The notes under the pieces are model-generated. The model saw nothing but the letters and a program-made list of their open reading frames with translations, had not been told where the DNA came from and did not search any database. Source: Ranitomeya imitator (Eukaryota). From it: a stretch of DNA of 64,000 nucleotides. Positions 12,850-26,000 of this stretch are shown here, in pieces. The position numbers were made by a program, and so were the translations under genes. Numbering within the stretch: position 1 is the first letter of the stretch; each line of letters begins with the position of its first letter. The DNA is taken from contig NC_091286.1 in the NCBI RefSeq assembly GCF_032444005.1, positions 521,420,001 through 521,484,000 of the forward strand. Reading direction: 5' to 3'.

Positions 12850-13470
12850 GACTTGCTGCACGTCTTTCTGCGTGTCAGTTGTTCATTTATGGTGCTCTCA
12901 GTTCACTCCTGCCGAATTCCTTCTTTGTTTGTTAACAATGTGCAGAAACAGTTTGTAGGAGTGTGTTTTCATTGTGAGACAGACATGTCATATTTCACAT
13001 GTCAACGAGCAGTCAGAAAAGGTCCTGTTCACCTGTACAGATTCCTTGTTGTTCAGGAAATAAAAGGACCCAATCAAGAGAAAAGAATTTGTTATTGTCA
13101 GTGGTTCCATACCTTCATTGATGAAATAGGAAACATATTGGACTATACACGGTACACTGATGAAGCCTGGTTTCACCTATGTGGCTACAACAATTCACAA
13201 AACACCCGTATTTGGACAGCTGACAACCTGTACACAGTTCTTGAGAATCCGCTTCATCCAGAAAAATGATAAGTATTCTTCAAGAGACTGTGACCACCAA
13301 GATCATCTGATTTAGCACTGCCAGATTTTCTCCCTTGGGGCCATTTGAAAGGTCAGGTGTACAGTAAAAACGCATTACATTCAACAATATGGAACGGTGC
13401 GTGCAGGCATGCTTGGATGCGAACAGTGTACATTTTCAACACCTGCTGTAGAACATCAGTTTCTCATGAA
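12850..13470 (+). mobile_element. Degraded mariner-like (WPPRSPDL-type) transposase remnant
   Basis: VVQEIKGPNQEKRICYCQWF, YTDEAWFHLCGYNNSQNTRIW, LHPEK, then PPRSSDLALPDFLPWGHLKGQVY and terminal HFQHLL*. TIRs not located. Confidence 0.8.
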
Positions 13471-14089
13471 CCAGGATATTTACAGTACAAATTTCAGGAC
13501 GATAGACCTTCTCTTTAAGAAGTTACAGCAATTTTTCCGAGTAAAGAAGAGAGAGTGCATCTCCCAGTGCTTCTTCCTCACCATGATCTCAGCAATTGGA
13601 TTTCCATCAATTTAACACAGACAAGTGATAAATAGTAAAAGGGGTGTTTCAAAAGAGAAGCCACTTTTAACTTTTTCGCACATATGGGGTTAACTCTATA
13701 TCATTCACTGACATCCTGACTGCATGTGTGGAGGGAGCTCAGGAGCTGAGCTTCATCTACACATGGTTGATCCTGGCTACAGATAAAAAATATACTGTAT
13801 TCAATAGAAATTGATTTTTTTTCTCAAATTTTAGTCTGAATTTTCAAGATTATGGACTTTTGAAATTCACTCTATGTGAAATCAACAAAACGACAGCTAA
13901 CTTGCTGTTTGCAGAGGGACAGCAGAAGGATAAAATAACTCCAACTAATGCTATCCTCACAGCTCACCTGTCTAGCCATCAACCGATGCTCGCTACCTGA
14001 CGTCCAGTCCATCTGAGGACTTGTTGCATCCGGAAGTCCTGACCTAAAGGGAAGAGGTTGTACATTACGTGCAAAGAGGAATAAATAGC

Positions 14090-14479
14090 ACTCAGCCAGC
14101 TGCAGGGCCACCGCAGTGAAGGACTGGCAGAGCATCAAAAAGGAGGAAACACAGCGTCTGGTGATGTCCATGAGTTCAAGACTTCAGGCAGTCATTGCCA
14201 ACAAAGGGTTTTCAACCAAGTACTAAAAATGAATATTTTATTTAAAATTATTTAATCTATCCAATTACTTTTTGTCCCTTTAAAAACAGGGTGGCACATG
14301 TGAAGGAACTGAAACTCCTAAACCCTTCATCCAATTTTAATGTGGATACCCTCAAATGAAAGCTGAAAGTCTTATCTTCAACTGCACTGGAATTGTTTTG
14401 TTTAAAATTCATTTTGGTAATGTCTATAGCCAAAATCAGAAAAATGTTGTCTCTGTCCAAATATATATGGACTTAACTG
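14090..14479 (+). mobile_element. Tc1 3' fragment with terminal repeat
   Basis: WQSIKKEETQRLVMSMSSRLQAVIANKGFSTKY*, then TIR ending TGGACTTAACTG-TA. Confidence 0.82.
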
Positions 14480-15699
14480 TACATAGCAGTACTTTAGTAT
14501 AGCACTATATAGTTTACGCAATCAGATGATTTAGAGGATCAAATCTTCTAAAGGGACTAAAAAATTAAGTAAAAAATAAAAGCAATTTTAGAAAATACAA
14601 AAATATATATAATATAAAAATTACAATCATTTACCTTTCCTCCACTGAAATTAAAACAATTATTCCCACATCTGTAAAAGTCTATATGGTATACACGACA
14701 CCTCATTGAAAAGATACTGTAAAAAGCATACAAAACATTATATATGTCACAAAATAATACTAATGAAAATGTCGGCTCCCCATAAAAAAGAAGACCTCTC
14801 AAAGCAAAAAAAATATAAAAAATAAAAACATTAGAGGTCTCGGAAAATGGTAGCAAAAACTAAAAATGTTTTTTAACAGCTTAAATAATGCTAAAATAGA
14901 AACTATGCAAATATGGTATTACATAATCATACTTGCTACTCAATATGAGTAATTATCAGATTATTTTTCCTACATAATGAGCTCTCCATAAAACAAAATT
15001 CAAAAAAATAATGGCAGAATTGCATTTTTCTACCATTTCAAAAATGGTTATCACAATAACAAATGAAAGGGAAAGTCAGCACTCACCATTCTTTGAAGAA
15101 AATTCAGTCATTTTTAATTTTTATTTAACCCCTTAATGACTGCAGATGTGCCTTTTAGCAGCGGCAATTAAGGGTACTTATGCCTCTGCGCCGCTTTTTA
15201 ACGATGCTGAGAAATAAGTGTATGGCAACCCCAGAGCTGGAAATTCTCCGGGGTCTCTGAGACCCTAGACAAAATGATTTGGGTCAGTTTTTACCAACCC
15301 CAGTGTTGTGGTTGCCGTTATCAATGGAATAATTTCCATAATTTCCCATTTATTTCTCTCTCCTCTGATATGAGCTAGCATACTAGAGGAGAGAGAAATG
15401 GGTTCCCCAGAGCTCCCACCCCGGTACCTATAGGAACCGTTGACCCTCCGGCTCTGTCTCCCAGCTCCGGCATCTTCCTGGAAGAAAATGGTGGGCACAT
15501 GCACAGTGCGCCCGCCAAAATCTGCCTGCCGGCACTCGGCAACAATAGGAGATTTTTCCTATTGGTTCATTTTGATCACTGTGATAGACCCTATCACAGT
15601 GACCAAAATTAAAAGAATAGTAAATCAAACCCCCCTTTATCACCCCCTTGGTTAGATAAAAATAATAAAATAAAAAATGTATTTTTTCCCATTTTTCCA

Positions 15700-16000
15700 T
15701 TAGAGTTAGGGTTGGGGCAAGGGTTAGGGTTGGACTAGGGTTGGGGTTGGGGCTAGGGTTAGGGTTGGGATTAGGGTTGTGTTGGGGTTAGGGTTGTGGT
15801 GTTGGGGTTAAGGTGGTGTTGTGGTTAGGGTTGTGGTTAAGGTTATGGTTGTGGCTGTGTTTGGGATTACAGAGTTGGAATTAAGGATAGGGCTGGGATT
15901 TGGTTAAGGGGTGTGTTAGGGTTAGGGTTGTGGTTCGGGTTATGATTGTAGTTAGGGTTGGGATTAGGGCTAGGGGTGTATTGAGGTTAGGGCTGTTAGA
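15700..16000 (+). repeat. Degenerate telomere-like (TTAGGG)n tract inside element A
   Basis: GTTAGGGTTGGGG, TTAGGGTTAGGGTTGGGATTAGGG and variants. Confidence 0.85.
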
Positions 16001-17129
16001 ATTGGGGGTCTCAAAATGCAACATGCCGCCCGCTATTGCATTCAAAAAGTCAAACTGTGTTCCCTCCCTTCTGAACCCTGCCATGTACCCAAACAGTGGC
16101 TTTCTTCCACATACAGAATATAGGTGGTCTATTGCACAACAAATTTTGTGGTTCATTTTCTCCTGTTACCATTGTGAAAATAAAAAAGTTTGGGTCTACA
16201 GAAAAATTTTTGGCAAACAAGTAAAATGTTCATATTTTCCTTCCATGTTTCCTTTGTTCTCGTGAAGCACCTGAAGGGTTAAAAAACTTCTTGAATGTGG
16301 TTTTGAGCACCTTGAGGGGTGCAGTTTATAGAATGGTGTCACTTTCGGGCATTTTCTGTCATATTGACCCTCCAAACTCACTTCAAATGTGAGGTGGTAC
16401 CTCAAAAAATAGTTTTGCAAATTTTGTTGGAAAAATGAGAAATCGCTGGTCATCTTTTAACCCTCATAAATGATGTTTCCAAAATTATGCTGATGTAAAG
16501 TTGACATGTGGGAAATGTTATTTATTAACCCCTTCATGACCCAGCCTATTTTGACCTTAAAGACCTTGCCGTTTTTTGCAATTCTGACCAGTGTCCCTTT
16601 ATGAGGTAATAACTCAGGAACGCTTCAACGGATCCTAGCGGTTCTGAGATTGTTTTTTCGTGACATATTGGGCTTCATGTTAGTGGTAAATTTAGGTCAA
16701 TAAATTCTGCGTTTATTTGTGATAAAAACGGAAATTTGGCGAAAATTTTGAAAATTTCGCAATTTTCACATTTTGAATTTTTATTCTGTTAAACCAGAGA
16801 GTTATGTGACACAAAATAGTTAATAAATAACATTTCCCACATGTTTACTTTACATCAGCACAATTTTGGAAACAAAATTTTTTTTGCTAGGAAGTTATAA
16901 GGGTTAAAATTTGACCAGCGATTTCTAATTTTTACAACGAAATTTACAAAACCATTTTTTTAGGGACCACCTCACATTTGAAGTCAGTTTGAGGGGTCTA
17001 TATGGCTGAAAATACCCAAAAGTGACACAATTCTAAAAACTGCCCCCCCCCAAGGTACTCAAAACCACATTCAAGAAGTTTATTAACCCTTCAGGTGTTT
17101 CACAGCAGCAGAAGCAACATGGAAGGAAA

Positions 17130-20100
17130 AAATGAACATTTAACTTTTTAGTCACAAAAATTATGTTTTAGCAACAATTTTTTTATTTTCCCAATGGTAA
17201 AAGGAGAAACTGAACCATGAAAGTTGTTTTCCAATTTGTCCTGAGTACGCTGATACCTCATATGTGGGGGTAAACCACTGTTTGTGCGCACGGCAGGGCT
17301 TGGAAGGGAAGGAGCGCCATTTGACTTTTTGAATGAAAAATTGGCTCCACTCTTTAGCGGACACCATGTCACGTTTGGAGAGCCCCCATGTGCCTAAAAA
17401 TTAGAGCTCCCCCACAAGTGACCCCATTTTGGAAACTAGACGCCCCACGGAACTAATCTAGATGCATAGTGAGCACTTTGAACCCCCAGGTGCTTCACAA
17501 ATTGATCCGTAAAAATGAAAAAGTACTTTTTTTTCACAAAAAAATTCTTTTAGCCTCAATTTTTTCATTTTCACATGGGCAACAGGATAAAATGGATCCT
17601 AAAATTTGTTGGGCAATTTCTCCTGAGTACACTGATACCTCATATGTGGGGGTAAACCACTGTTTGGGCACATGGTAAGGCTCGGAAGGGAAGGAGCGCC
17701 ATTTGACTTTTTGAATGAAAAATTATCTCCATCGTTAGCAGACACCATGTCGCGTTTGGAGAGCTCCTGTGTGCCTAAACATTGGCGCTCCCCCACAAGT
17801 GACCCCATTTTGGAAACTAGACCCCCCAAGGAACTTATTTAGATGCCTAGTGAGCACTTTAAACCCTCAGGTGCTTCACAAATTGATCTGTAAAAATGAA
17901 AAAGTACTTTTTTTTCACAAAAAAATTCTTTTTGCCTCAGTTTTTTCATTTTCACATGGGCAATAGGATAAAATGGATCATAAAATTTGTTGGGCAATTT
18001 CTCCCGAGTACACGGATACCTCATATGTGGGGGTAAACCACTGTTTGGGCACTCGGCAGGGCTCGGAAGGGAAGGTGCGCCATTTGACTTTTTGAATGGA
18101 AAATTAGCTCCAATTGTTAGCGGACACCATGTCGCGTTTGGAGAGCCTCTGTGTGCCTAAACATTGGAGCTCCCCCACAAGTGACCCCATTTTGGAAACT
18201 AGACCCCCCAAGGAACTTATATAGATGCATATTGAGCACTTTAAACCCCCAGGTGCTTCACAGAAGTTTATAACGCAGAGCCATGAAAATAAAAAATAAT
18301 TTTTCTTTCCTCAAAAATGATTTTTTTATCCTGGAATTTCCTATTTTGCCAAGGGTAATAGGAGAAATTGGACCCCAAATGTTGTTGTCCAGTTTGTCCT
18401 GAGTACGCTGATACCCCATATGTGGGGGTAAACCACTGTTTGGGCGCACGGCAGGGCTCGGAAGGGAAGGCACGCCATTTGGCTTTTTAAATGGAAAATT
18501 AGCTCCAATCATTAGCGGACACCATGTCACGTTTGGAGAGACCCTGTGTGCCTAAACATTGGAGATCCCCCAGAAATGACCCCATTTTGGAAACTAGTCC
18601 ACAAAAGGAACTAATCCAGATGTGTGGTGAGGACTTTGAACCCCCAAGTGCTTCACAGAAGTTTATAATGCAGAGCCATGAAAAAAAAAAAAATATTTTC
18701 TCAAAAATGATCTTTTAGCCTGCAATTTTTTATTTTCCCAAGGGTATCAGGAGAAATTTGACCCCAAAAGTTGTTGACCAGTTTCTCCTGAGTACGCTGA
18801 TACCCCATATGTGGGGGTAAACCACTGTTTGGGCACATGCCGGGGCTCGGAAGTGAAGTAGTGACGTTTTGAAACGCAGACTTTGATGGAATGCTCTGTG
18901 GGCATCACGTTGCGTTTGCAGAGCCCCTGATGTGGCTTAACAGTAGAAACCCCCCACAAGTGACCCCATTTTGGAAACTAGACCCCGAATGGAACTTATC
19001 GAGATGTGTGGTGAGCACTTTGAACCCCCCAGTGCTTCACAGAAGATTATAATGCAGAGCCGTGAAAATAATAAATACGTTTTCTTTGCTCAAAAATAAT
19101 TATTTAGCCCAGAATTTTTTAATTTTCCCAAGGGTAACAGGAGAAATTTGACCACAACATTTGTTGTCCAGTTTCTCCTGAGTACGGTGATATCCCATAT
19201 GTGGGGGTAAACTACTGTTTGGGCACATGCCGGGGCTCGGAATTGAAGTAGTGACGTTTTGAAATGCAGACTTTGATGGAATGCTCTGCGGGCGTCACGT
19301 TGCGTTTGCAGAGCCCCTGATGTGGCTAAACAGTAGAAACCCCCCACAAGTGACCCCATTTTGGAAACTAGACCCCAAAAGGAACTTATCTAGATGTGTG
19401 GTGAGCACTTTGATCCCCCAAGTGCTTCATAGAAGTTTATAATGCAGAGCCGTGAAAATAATAAATATGTTTTCTTTCCTCAAAAATAATTATTTAGCCC
19501 AGAATTTTTTAATTTTCCCAAGGGTAACAGGAGAAATTTGACCCCAATATTTGTTGTCCAGTTTCTCCTGAGTACGGTGATATCCCATATGTGGGGGTAA
19601 ACTACTGTTTGGGCACATGCCGGGGCTCGGAATTGAAGTAGTGACGTTTTGAAATGCAGACTTTGATGGAAAGCTCTGCGGGCATCACGTTGCGTTTGCA
19701 GAGCCCCTGATGTGGCTAAACAGTAGAAACCCCCCACAAGTGACCCCATTTTGGAAACTAGACCCCGAAAGGAACTTATCTAGATGTGTGGTGAGCACTT
19801 TGAACACCCAAGTGCTTCATAGAAGTTTATAATGCAGAGCCGTGAAAATAATAAATACGTTTTCTTTCCTCAAAAATAATTATTTAGCCCAGAATTTTTT
19901 AATTTTCCCAAGGGTAACAGGAGAAATTTGACCACAACATTTGTTGTCCAGTTTCTCCTGAGTACGGTGATATCCCATATGTGGGGGTAAACTACTGTTT
20001 GGGCACATGCCGGGGCTCGGAATTGAAGTAGTGACGTTTTGAAATGCAGACTTTGATGGAATGCTCTGCGGGCGTCACGTTGCGTTTGCAGAGCCCCTGA

Positions 20101-21290
20101 TGTGGCTAAACAGTAGAAACCCCCCACAAGTGACCCCATTTTGGAAACTAGACCCCAAAAGGAACTTATCTAGATGTGTGGTGAGCACTTTGATCCCCCA
20201 AGTGCTTCATAGAAGTTTATAATGCAGAGCCGTGAAAATAATAAATATGTTTTCTTTCCTCAAAAATAATTATTTAGCCCAGAATTTTTTAATTTTCCCA
20301 AGGGTAACAGGAGAAATTTGACCCCAATATTTGTTGTCCAGTTTCTCCTGAGTACGGTGATATCCCATATGTGGGGGTAAACTACTGTTTGGGCACATGC
20401 CGGGGCTCGGAATTGAAGTAGTGACGTTTTGAAATGCAGACTTTGATGGAAAGCTCTGCGGGCATCACGTTGCGTTTGCAGAGCCCCTGATGTGGCTAAA
20501 CAGTAGAAACCCCCCACAAGTGACCCCATTTTGGAAACTAGACCCCGAAAGGAACTTATCTAGATGTGTGGTGAGCACTTTGAACACCCAAGTGCTTCAT
20601 AGAAGTTTATAATGCAGAGCCGTGAAAATAATAAATACGTTTTCTTTCCTCAAAAATAATTATTTAGCCCAGAATTTTTTATTTTCCCAAGGGTTACAGG
20701 AGAAATTGGACAACAAAAGTTGTTGTCCAGTTTGTCCTGAGTACGCTGATACCCCATGTGTTGGGGTAAACCACTGTTTGGGCACACGTCGGGGCTCAGA
20801 AGGGAAGTAGTGACTTTTGAAATGCAGACTTTGATGGAATGGTCTGCGGGCATCACGTTGCGTTTGCAGAGCCCCTGGTGTGCCTAAACAGTAGAAACCC
20901 CCACAAGTGACCCCATTTTAGAAACTAGACCCTCCAAGGAACTTATCTAGATATGTGGTGAGCACTTTAAACCCCCAAGTGCTTCACAGACGTTTACAAC
21001 GCAGAGCTGTGAAAATAAAAATCATTTTTCTTTCCTCAAAAATTATGTTTTAGCAAGCATTTTTTTATTTTCACAAGGGTAACAGGAGAAATTGGACCCC
21101 AGTAATTGTTGCGCAGTTTGTCCTGAGTATGCGGGTACCCCATATGTGGGGGTAAACCACTGTTTGGGCACACGTCGGGGCTCGGAAGTGAGGGAGCACC
21201 ATTTGACTTTTTGAATACAAGATTGGCTGGAATCAATGGTGGCGCCATGTTGCGTTTGGAGACCCCTGATGTGCCTAAACAGTGGTAACC
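17130..21290 (+). repeat. ~390-bp tandem satellite, ~10-11 units, inside B
   Basis: Recurring CCCCACAAGTGACCCCATTTTGGAAACTAGA. Near-identical 89-aa ORF-track entries start at 19090, 19480, 19870 and 20260 (390-bp spacing). Confidence 0.95.
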
Positions 21291-21304
21291 CCTCAATTCT
21301 ACCT

Positions 21305-21403
21305 CCAACACTAACCCCAACACACCCCTAACTCTAATCCCAACTGTAGCGATAACCCTAATCACAACCCTAACCACAACCCTAATTCCAACCCTAACCC
21401 TAA
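21305..21403 (-). repeat. Degenerate (CCCTAA)n tract in B
   Basis: ACCCTAATCACAACCCTAACCACAACCCTAATTCCAACCCTAACCCTAA. Confidence 0.8.
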
Positions 21404-22090
21404 GGCTATGTGCCCACGTTGCGGATTCGTGTGAGATTTTTCAGCATCATTTTTGAAAAATCCGCGGGTAAAAGGCGCTGCGTTTTACCTGTGGATTTTC
21501 CGCAGATTTCCAGTGTTTTTTGTGCGGATTTCACCTGCGGATTCCTATTGAGAAATAGGTGTAAAACGCTGCGGAATCCGCACAAAGAATTGACATGCTG
21601 CGGAAAATACAATGCAGCGTTTCCGCGTGGGATTTTCCGCACCATGGGCACAGCGGATTTGGTTTCCATATGTTTACATGGTACTGTAAACCTGATGGAA
21701 CACTGCTGCGAATCTGCAGCCAAATCCGCACCATGTGCACATAGCCTAATTCTAAAGGTATGTGCACACGCTGCGGAAAACGCTGCGGATCCGCAGCAGT
21801 TTCCCATGAGTTTACAGTTCAATGTAAACATATGGGAAACAAAAATCGCTGTACACATGCTGCGGAAAAACTGCACGGAAACGCAGCGGTTTAAATTCCG
21901 CAGCATGTCACTTCTTTGTGCGGATTCCGCAGCGGTTTTACAACTGCTCAAATAGAAAATCGCAGTTGTAAAACCGCAGTGAAATGCTCAGAAAAAACGC
22001 GGTAAATCTGCCATAAATCTGCAGCGGTTTAGCACTGCGGATTTATCAAATCCGCAGCGGAAAAATCTGCAGAGGACCAGAATACGTGTG
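21404..22090. mobile_element. Two adjacent Harbinger-type MITEs (21404-21746; 21756 to the N run)
   Basis: TAA-GGCTATGTGCCCACG...TGTGCACATAGCC-TAA. The second starts TAA-AGGTATGTGCACACG and its right TIR (CGTGTG) is cut by Ns. Both are duplicated at 26021-26707. Confidence 0.8.
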
Positions 22091-22264
22091 NNNNNNNNNN
22101 NNNNNNNNNNNNNNNNNNNNNNNNNNNNNNNNNNNNNNNNNNNNNNNNNNNNNNNNNNNNNNNNNNNNNNNNNNNNNNNNNNNNNNNNNNNNNNNNNNNN
22201 NNNNNNNNNNNNNNNNNNNNNNNNNNNNNNNNNNNNNNNNNNNNNNNNNNNNNNNNNNNNNNNN
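22091..22264. other. N run of 174 nt (others: 26708-26893, 186 nt; 31014-31302, 289 nt)
   Basis: Direct count from the sequence. Confidence 0.98.
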
Positions 22265-22309
22265 GGAAAAAAAAAATTCTTTATTTTTTTATTGTCCCTA
22301 CCTATGAGG

Positions 22310-22545
22310 GTGTGGGGGGAGCACGGGGGGGGGGGATCGGAGCATGGGGGGGTGAATCGGAGCGTGGGAGGGGTGGAACGGAGCACGGGGGGGTGGAACG
22401 GAGCACGGGTGGGTGGAACGGAGCACGGGGGGTGGAACGGAGCACGGAGGGGGGTGGATCGGAGTGCAGGGGGGGTGATTGGAGCACAGGGAGGGTGATT
22501 GGAGCACGGGGGGAGCGGACTAGAGCACGGGGGGAGCGGAGCACA
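22310..22545 (+). repeat. G-rich ~20-bp minisatellite (GGGTGGAACGGAGCACGGGG), duplicated at ~26940-27170
   Basis: Visible tandem units with a variable G-run. Confidence 0.9.
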
Positions 22546-23085
22546 GGACGGAGGGGAGCCGGAGCAGTGTACCGGACAGATCAGAGGTCCGGGGGGGCGA
22601 TCGGTGGGGTGAGGGCACATTAGTGTTTCCAGCCATGGCCGATGATATTGCAGCATCGGCCATGGCTGGATTGTAATATTTCACCAGTTATAATAGGTGA
22701 AATATTACAAATCGCTCTGATTGGCAGTTTCACTTTCAACAGCCAATCAGAGCGATCGTAGCCACGGGGGGGGGGGGTGAAGCCACCCCCCCTGGGCTAA
22801 ACTACCACTCCCCCTGTCCCTGCAGATCGGGTGAAATGGGAGTTAACCCTTTTACCCGATCTGCAGGGACGCGATCTTTCCATGACGCCACATAGGCGTC
22901 ATGGGTCGGATTGGCACCGACTTTCATGACGCCTACGTGGCGTTAAAGATCAGGAAGGGGTTAACTATTTTGTGTGACACAACTCTCTGATCTAAAGGCA
23001 CAAAAATTAAATTTTGAAAATTGCTAAATTTTCTAACTTTTTGCAAGCTTCCATTTTTTTCATAAATAAACACAAATCATATTAA

Positions 23086-26000
23086 CCCCTTAGTGACAGA
23101 GCCAATTTGGTACTTAATGACCAGGCCAATTTTTGCAATTCTGACCACTGTCACTTTATGAGGTTATAACTCTGGAACGCTTCAACGGATCGCGCTGATT
23201 CTGAGAATGTTTTTTCGTGACATATTGTACTTCATGTTAGTGGTAACATTTCTTCGATATTACTTGCGATTATTTATGAAAAAAACGGAAATATGGCGAA
23301 AATTTTTAAAATTTTGCAATTTTCAAACTTTGTATTTTTATGCCCTTAAATCAGAGAGATATGTCATAAAAAATAGTTAATAAATAACATTTCCCACATG
23401 TCTACTTTACATCAGCACAATTTTGGAAACAAAATTTTTTTTTGTTAGGGAGTTATAAGGGTTAAAATTGACCAGCAATTTCTCATTTTTACAACACCAT
23501 TTTTTTTTAGGGACCACATCACATTTGAAGTCATTTTGAGGGGTCTATATGATAGAAAATAATGAAGTGTGACACCATTCTAAAAACTACACCCCTCAAG
23601 GTTCTCAAAACCACATTCAAGAAGTTTATTAACCCTTTACGTGCTTCACAGGAACTGAAACAATGTGGAAGGAAAAAATGAACATTTAACTTTTTTTTGC
23701 AAACATCTTAATTCAGAACCATTTTTTTTATTTTCACAAGTGTAAAAACAGAAATGTAACCATAAATTTTGTTATGCAATTTCTCCTGAATACGCCAATA
23801 CCCCATATGTGGGGGTAAACCACTGTTAGGGCGCACCGCAGAACTTAGAAGTGAAGGAGCGCCGTTTGACTTTTTCAATGCAGAATTGGCTGGAATTGAG
23901 ATCGGACACCATGTCACATTTAGAGAGCCCCTGATGTACCTAAACAGTGGAAACTCCCCACAAGTGACACCATTTTGGAAACTAGACCCCTTAAGGAACT
24001 TATCTAGATGTGTGGTGAGCACTTTGAACCCCCAAGTGCTTCACAGAAGTTTATAACGTAGAGCCGTGAAAATAAAAAATCGCTTTTGTTTACACAAAAA
24101 TGATCTTTTTGCCCACAAATTCTTATTTTCACAAGGGTAACAGGAGAAATTAGACCACAAAAGTTGTTGTGCAATTTCTCCTGAGTACGCTGATACCCAA
24201 TATGTGGGGGTAAACAACTGTTAGGGCGCACCGCAGAGCTTGGAAGAGAAGGAGTGCCGTTTTACTTTTTCAATGTAGAATTGGCTGGAATTGAGATTGG
24301 ACGCCATGTCGCGTTTGGAGAGCCCCTGATGTGCCTAAACAGTGGAAACCCCCCACAAGTGACACCATTTTGGAAACTAGACCCCTTAAGGAACTTATCT
24401 AGATGTGTGGCGAGCACTTTGAACCCCCAAGTGCTTCACAGAAGTTTATAACGTAGAGCCGTGAAAATAAAAAATATTTTTTTTTCCACAAAAAAGATAT
24501 TGTAGCCCCCAAGTTTTTATTTTCACAAGGGTAACAGGAGAAATTGGACTGCAATAGTTGTTGTCCAATTTATCCCGAGTACGCTGATGCGCCATATGTG
24601 GCGGTAAACCACTGTTTGGGCGCACGGCAGAGCTCGGAAGGGAAGGAGCGCCTTTTTGGAATGCAGACTTTGATAGAATGGTCTGTGGGCATCACGTTGC
24701 GTTTGCAGAGCCTCTGATGTGGCTTAACAGTAGAAACCCCCCACAAGTGACCCCATTTTGGAAACTAGACCCCGAATGGAACTTATCGAGATGTGTGGTG
24801 AGCACTTTGATCCCCCAAGTGCTTCATAGAAGTTTATAATGCAGAGCCGTGAAAATAATAAATACGTTTTCTTTCCTCAAAAATAATTATTTAGCCCAGA
24901 ATTTTTTAATTTTCCCAAGGGTAACAGGAGAAATTTGACCCCAATATTTGTTGTCCAGTTTCTCCTGAGTACGGTGATATCCCATATGTGGGGGTAAACT
25001 ACTGTTTGGGCACATGCCGGGGCTCGGAATTGAAGTAGTGACGTTTTGAAATGCAGACTTTGATGGAAAGCTCTGCGGGCATCACGTTGCGTTTGCAGAG
25101 CCCCTGATGTGGCTAAACAGTAGAAACCCCCCACAAGTGACCCCATTTTGGAAACTAGACCCCGAAAGGAACTTATCTAGATGTGTGGTGAGCACTTTGA
25201 ACACCCAAGTGCTTCATAGAAGTTTATAATGCAGAGCCGTGAAAATAATAAATACGTTTTCTTTCCTCAAAAATAATTATTTAGCCCAGAATTTTTTATT
25301 TTCCCAAGGGTTACAGGAGAAATTGGACAACAAAAGTTGTTGTCCAGTTTGTCCTGAGTACGCTGATACCCCATGTGTTGGGGTAAACCACTGTTTGGGC
25401 ACACGTCGGGGCTCAGAAGGGAAGTAGTGACTTTTGAAATGCAGACTTTGATGGAATGGTCTGCGGGCATCACGTTGCGTTTGCAGAGCCCCTGGTGTGC
25501 CTAAACAGTAGAAACCCCCACAAGTGACCCCATTTTAGAAACTAGACCCTCCAAGGAACTTATCTAGATATGTGGTGAGCACTTTAAACCCCCAAGTGCT
25601 TCACAGACGTTTACAACGCAGAGCTGTGAAAATAAAAATCATTTTTCTTTCCTCAAAAATTATGTTTTAGCAAGCATTTTTTTATTTTCACAAGGGTAAC
25701 AGGAGAAATTGGACCCCAGTAATTGTTGCGCAGTTTGTCCTGAGTATGCGGGTACCCCATATGTGGGGGTAAACCACTGTTTGGGCACACGTCGGGGCTC
25801 GGAAGTGAGGGAGCACCATTTGACTTTTTGAATACAAGATTGGCTGGAATCAATGGTGGCGCCATGTTGCGTTTGGAGACCCCTGATGTGCCTAAACAGT
25901 GGTAACCCCTCAATTCTACCTCCAACACTAACCCCAACACACCCCTAACTCTAATCCCAACTGTAGCGATAACCCTAATCACAACCCTAACCACAACCCT

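Larger units (their letters stand above)
16529..22960. mobile_element. piggyBac-type non-autonomous element B, inserted in A
   Basis: TTAA(16525-28)-CCCCTTCATGACC ... GATCAGGAAGGGG-TTAA(22961-64). Subterminal palindromes CATGACGCC..GGCGTCATG. Confidence 0.85.

Noticed and set aside
21988-22656. Pro-rich, Gly-rich and (LG)n/(LT)n ORFs in the ORF track (also 26646-27285 and 30289-31322)
   Set aside because: They are translations of the G-rich minisatellite, telomere-like hexamers and N runs.
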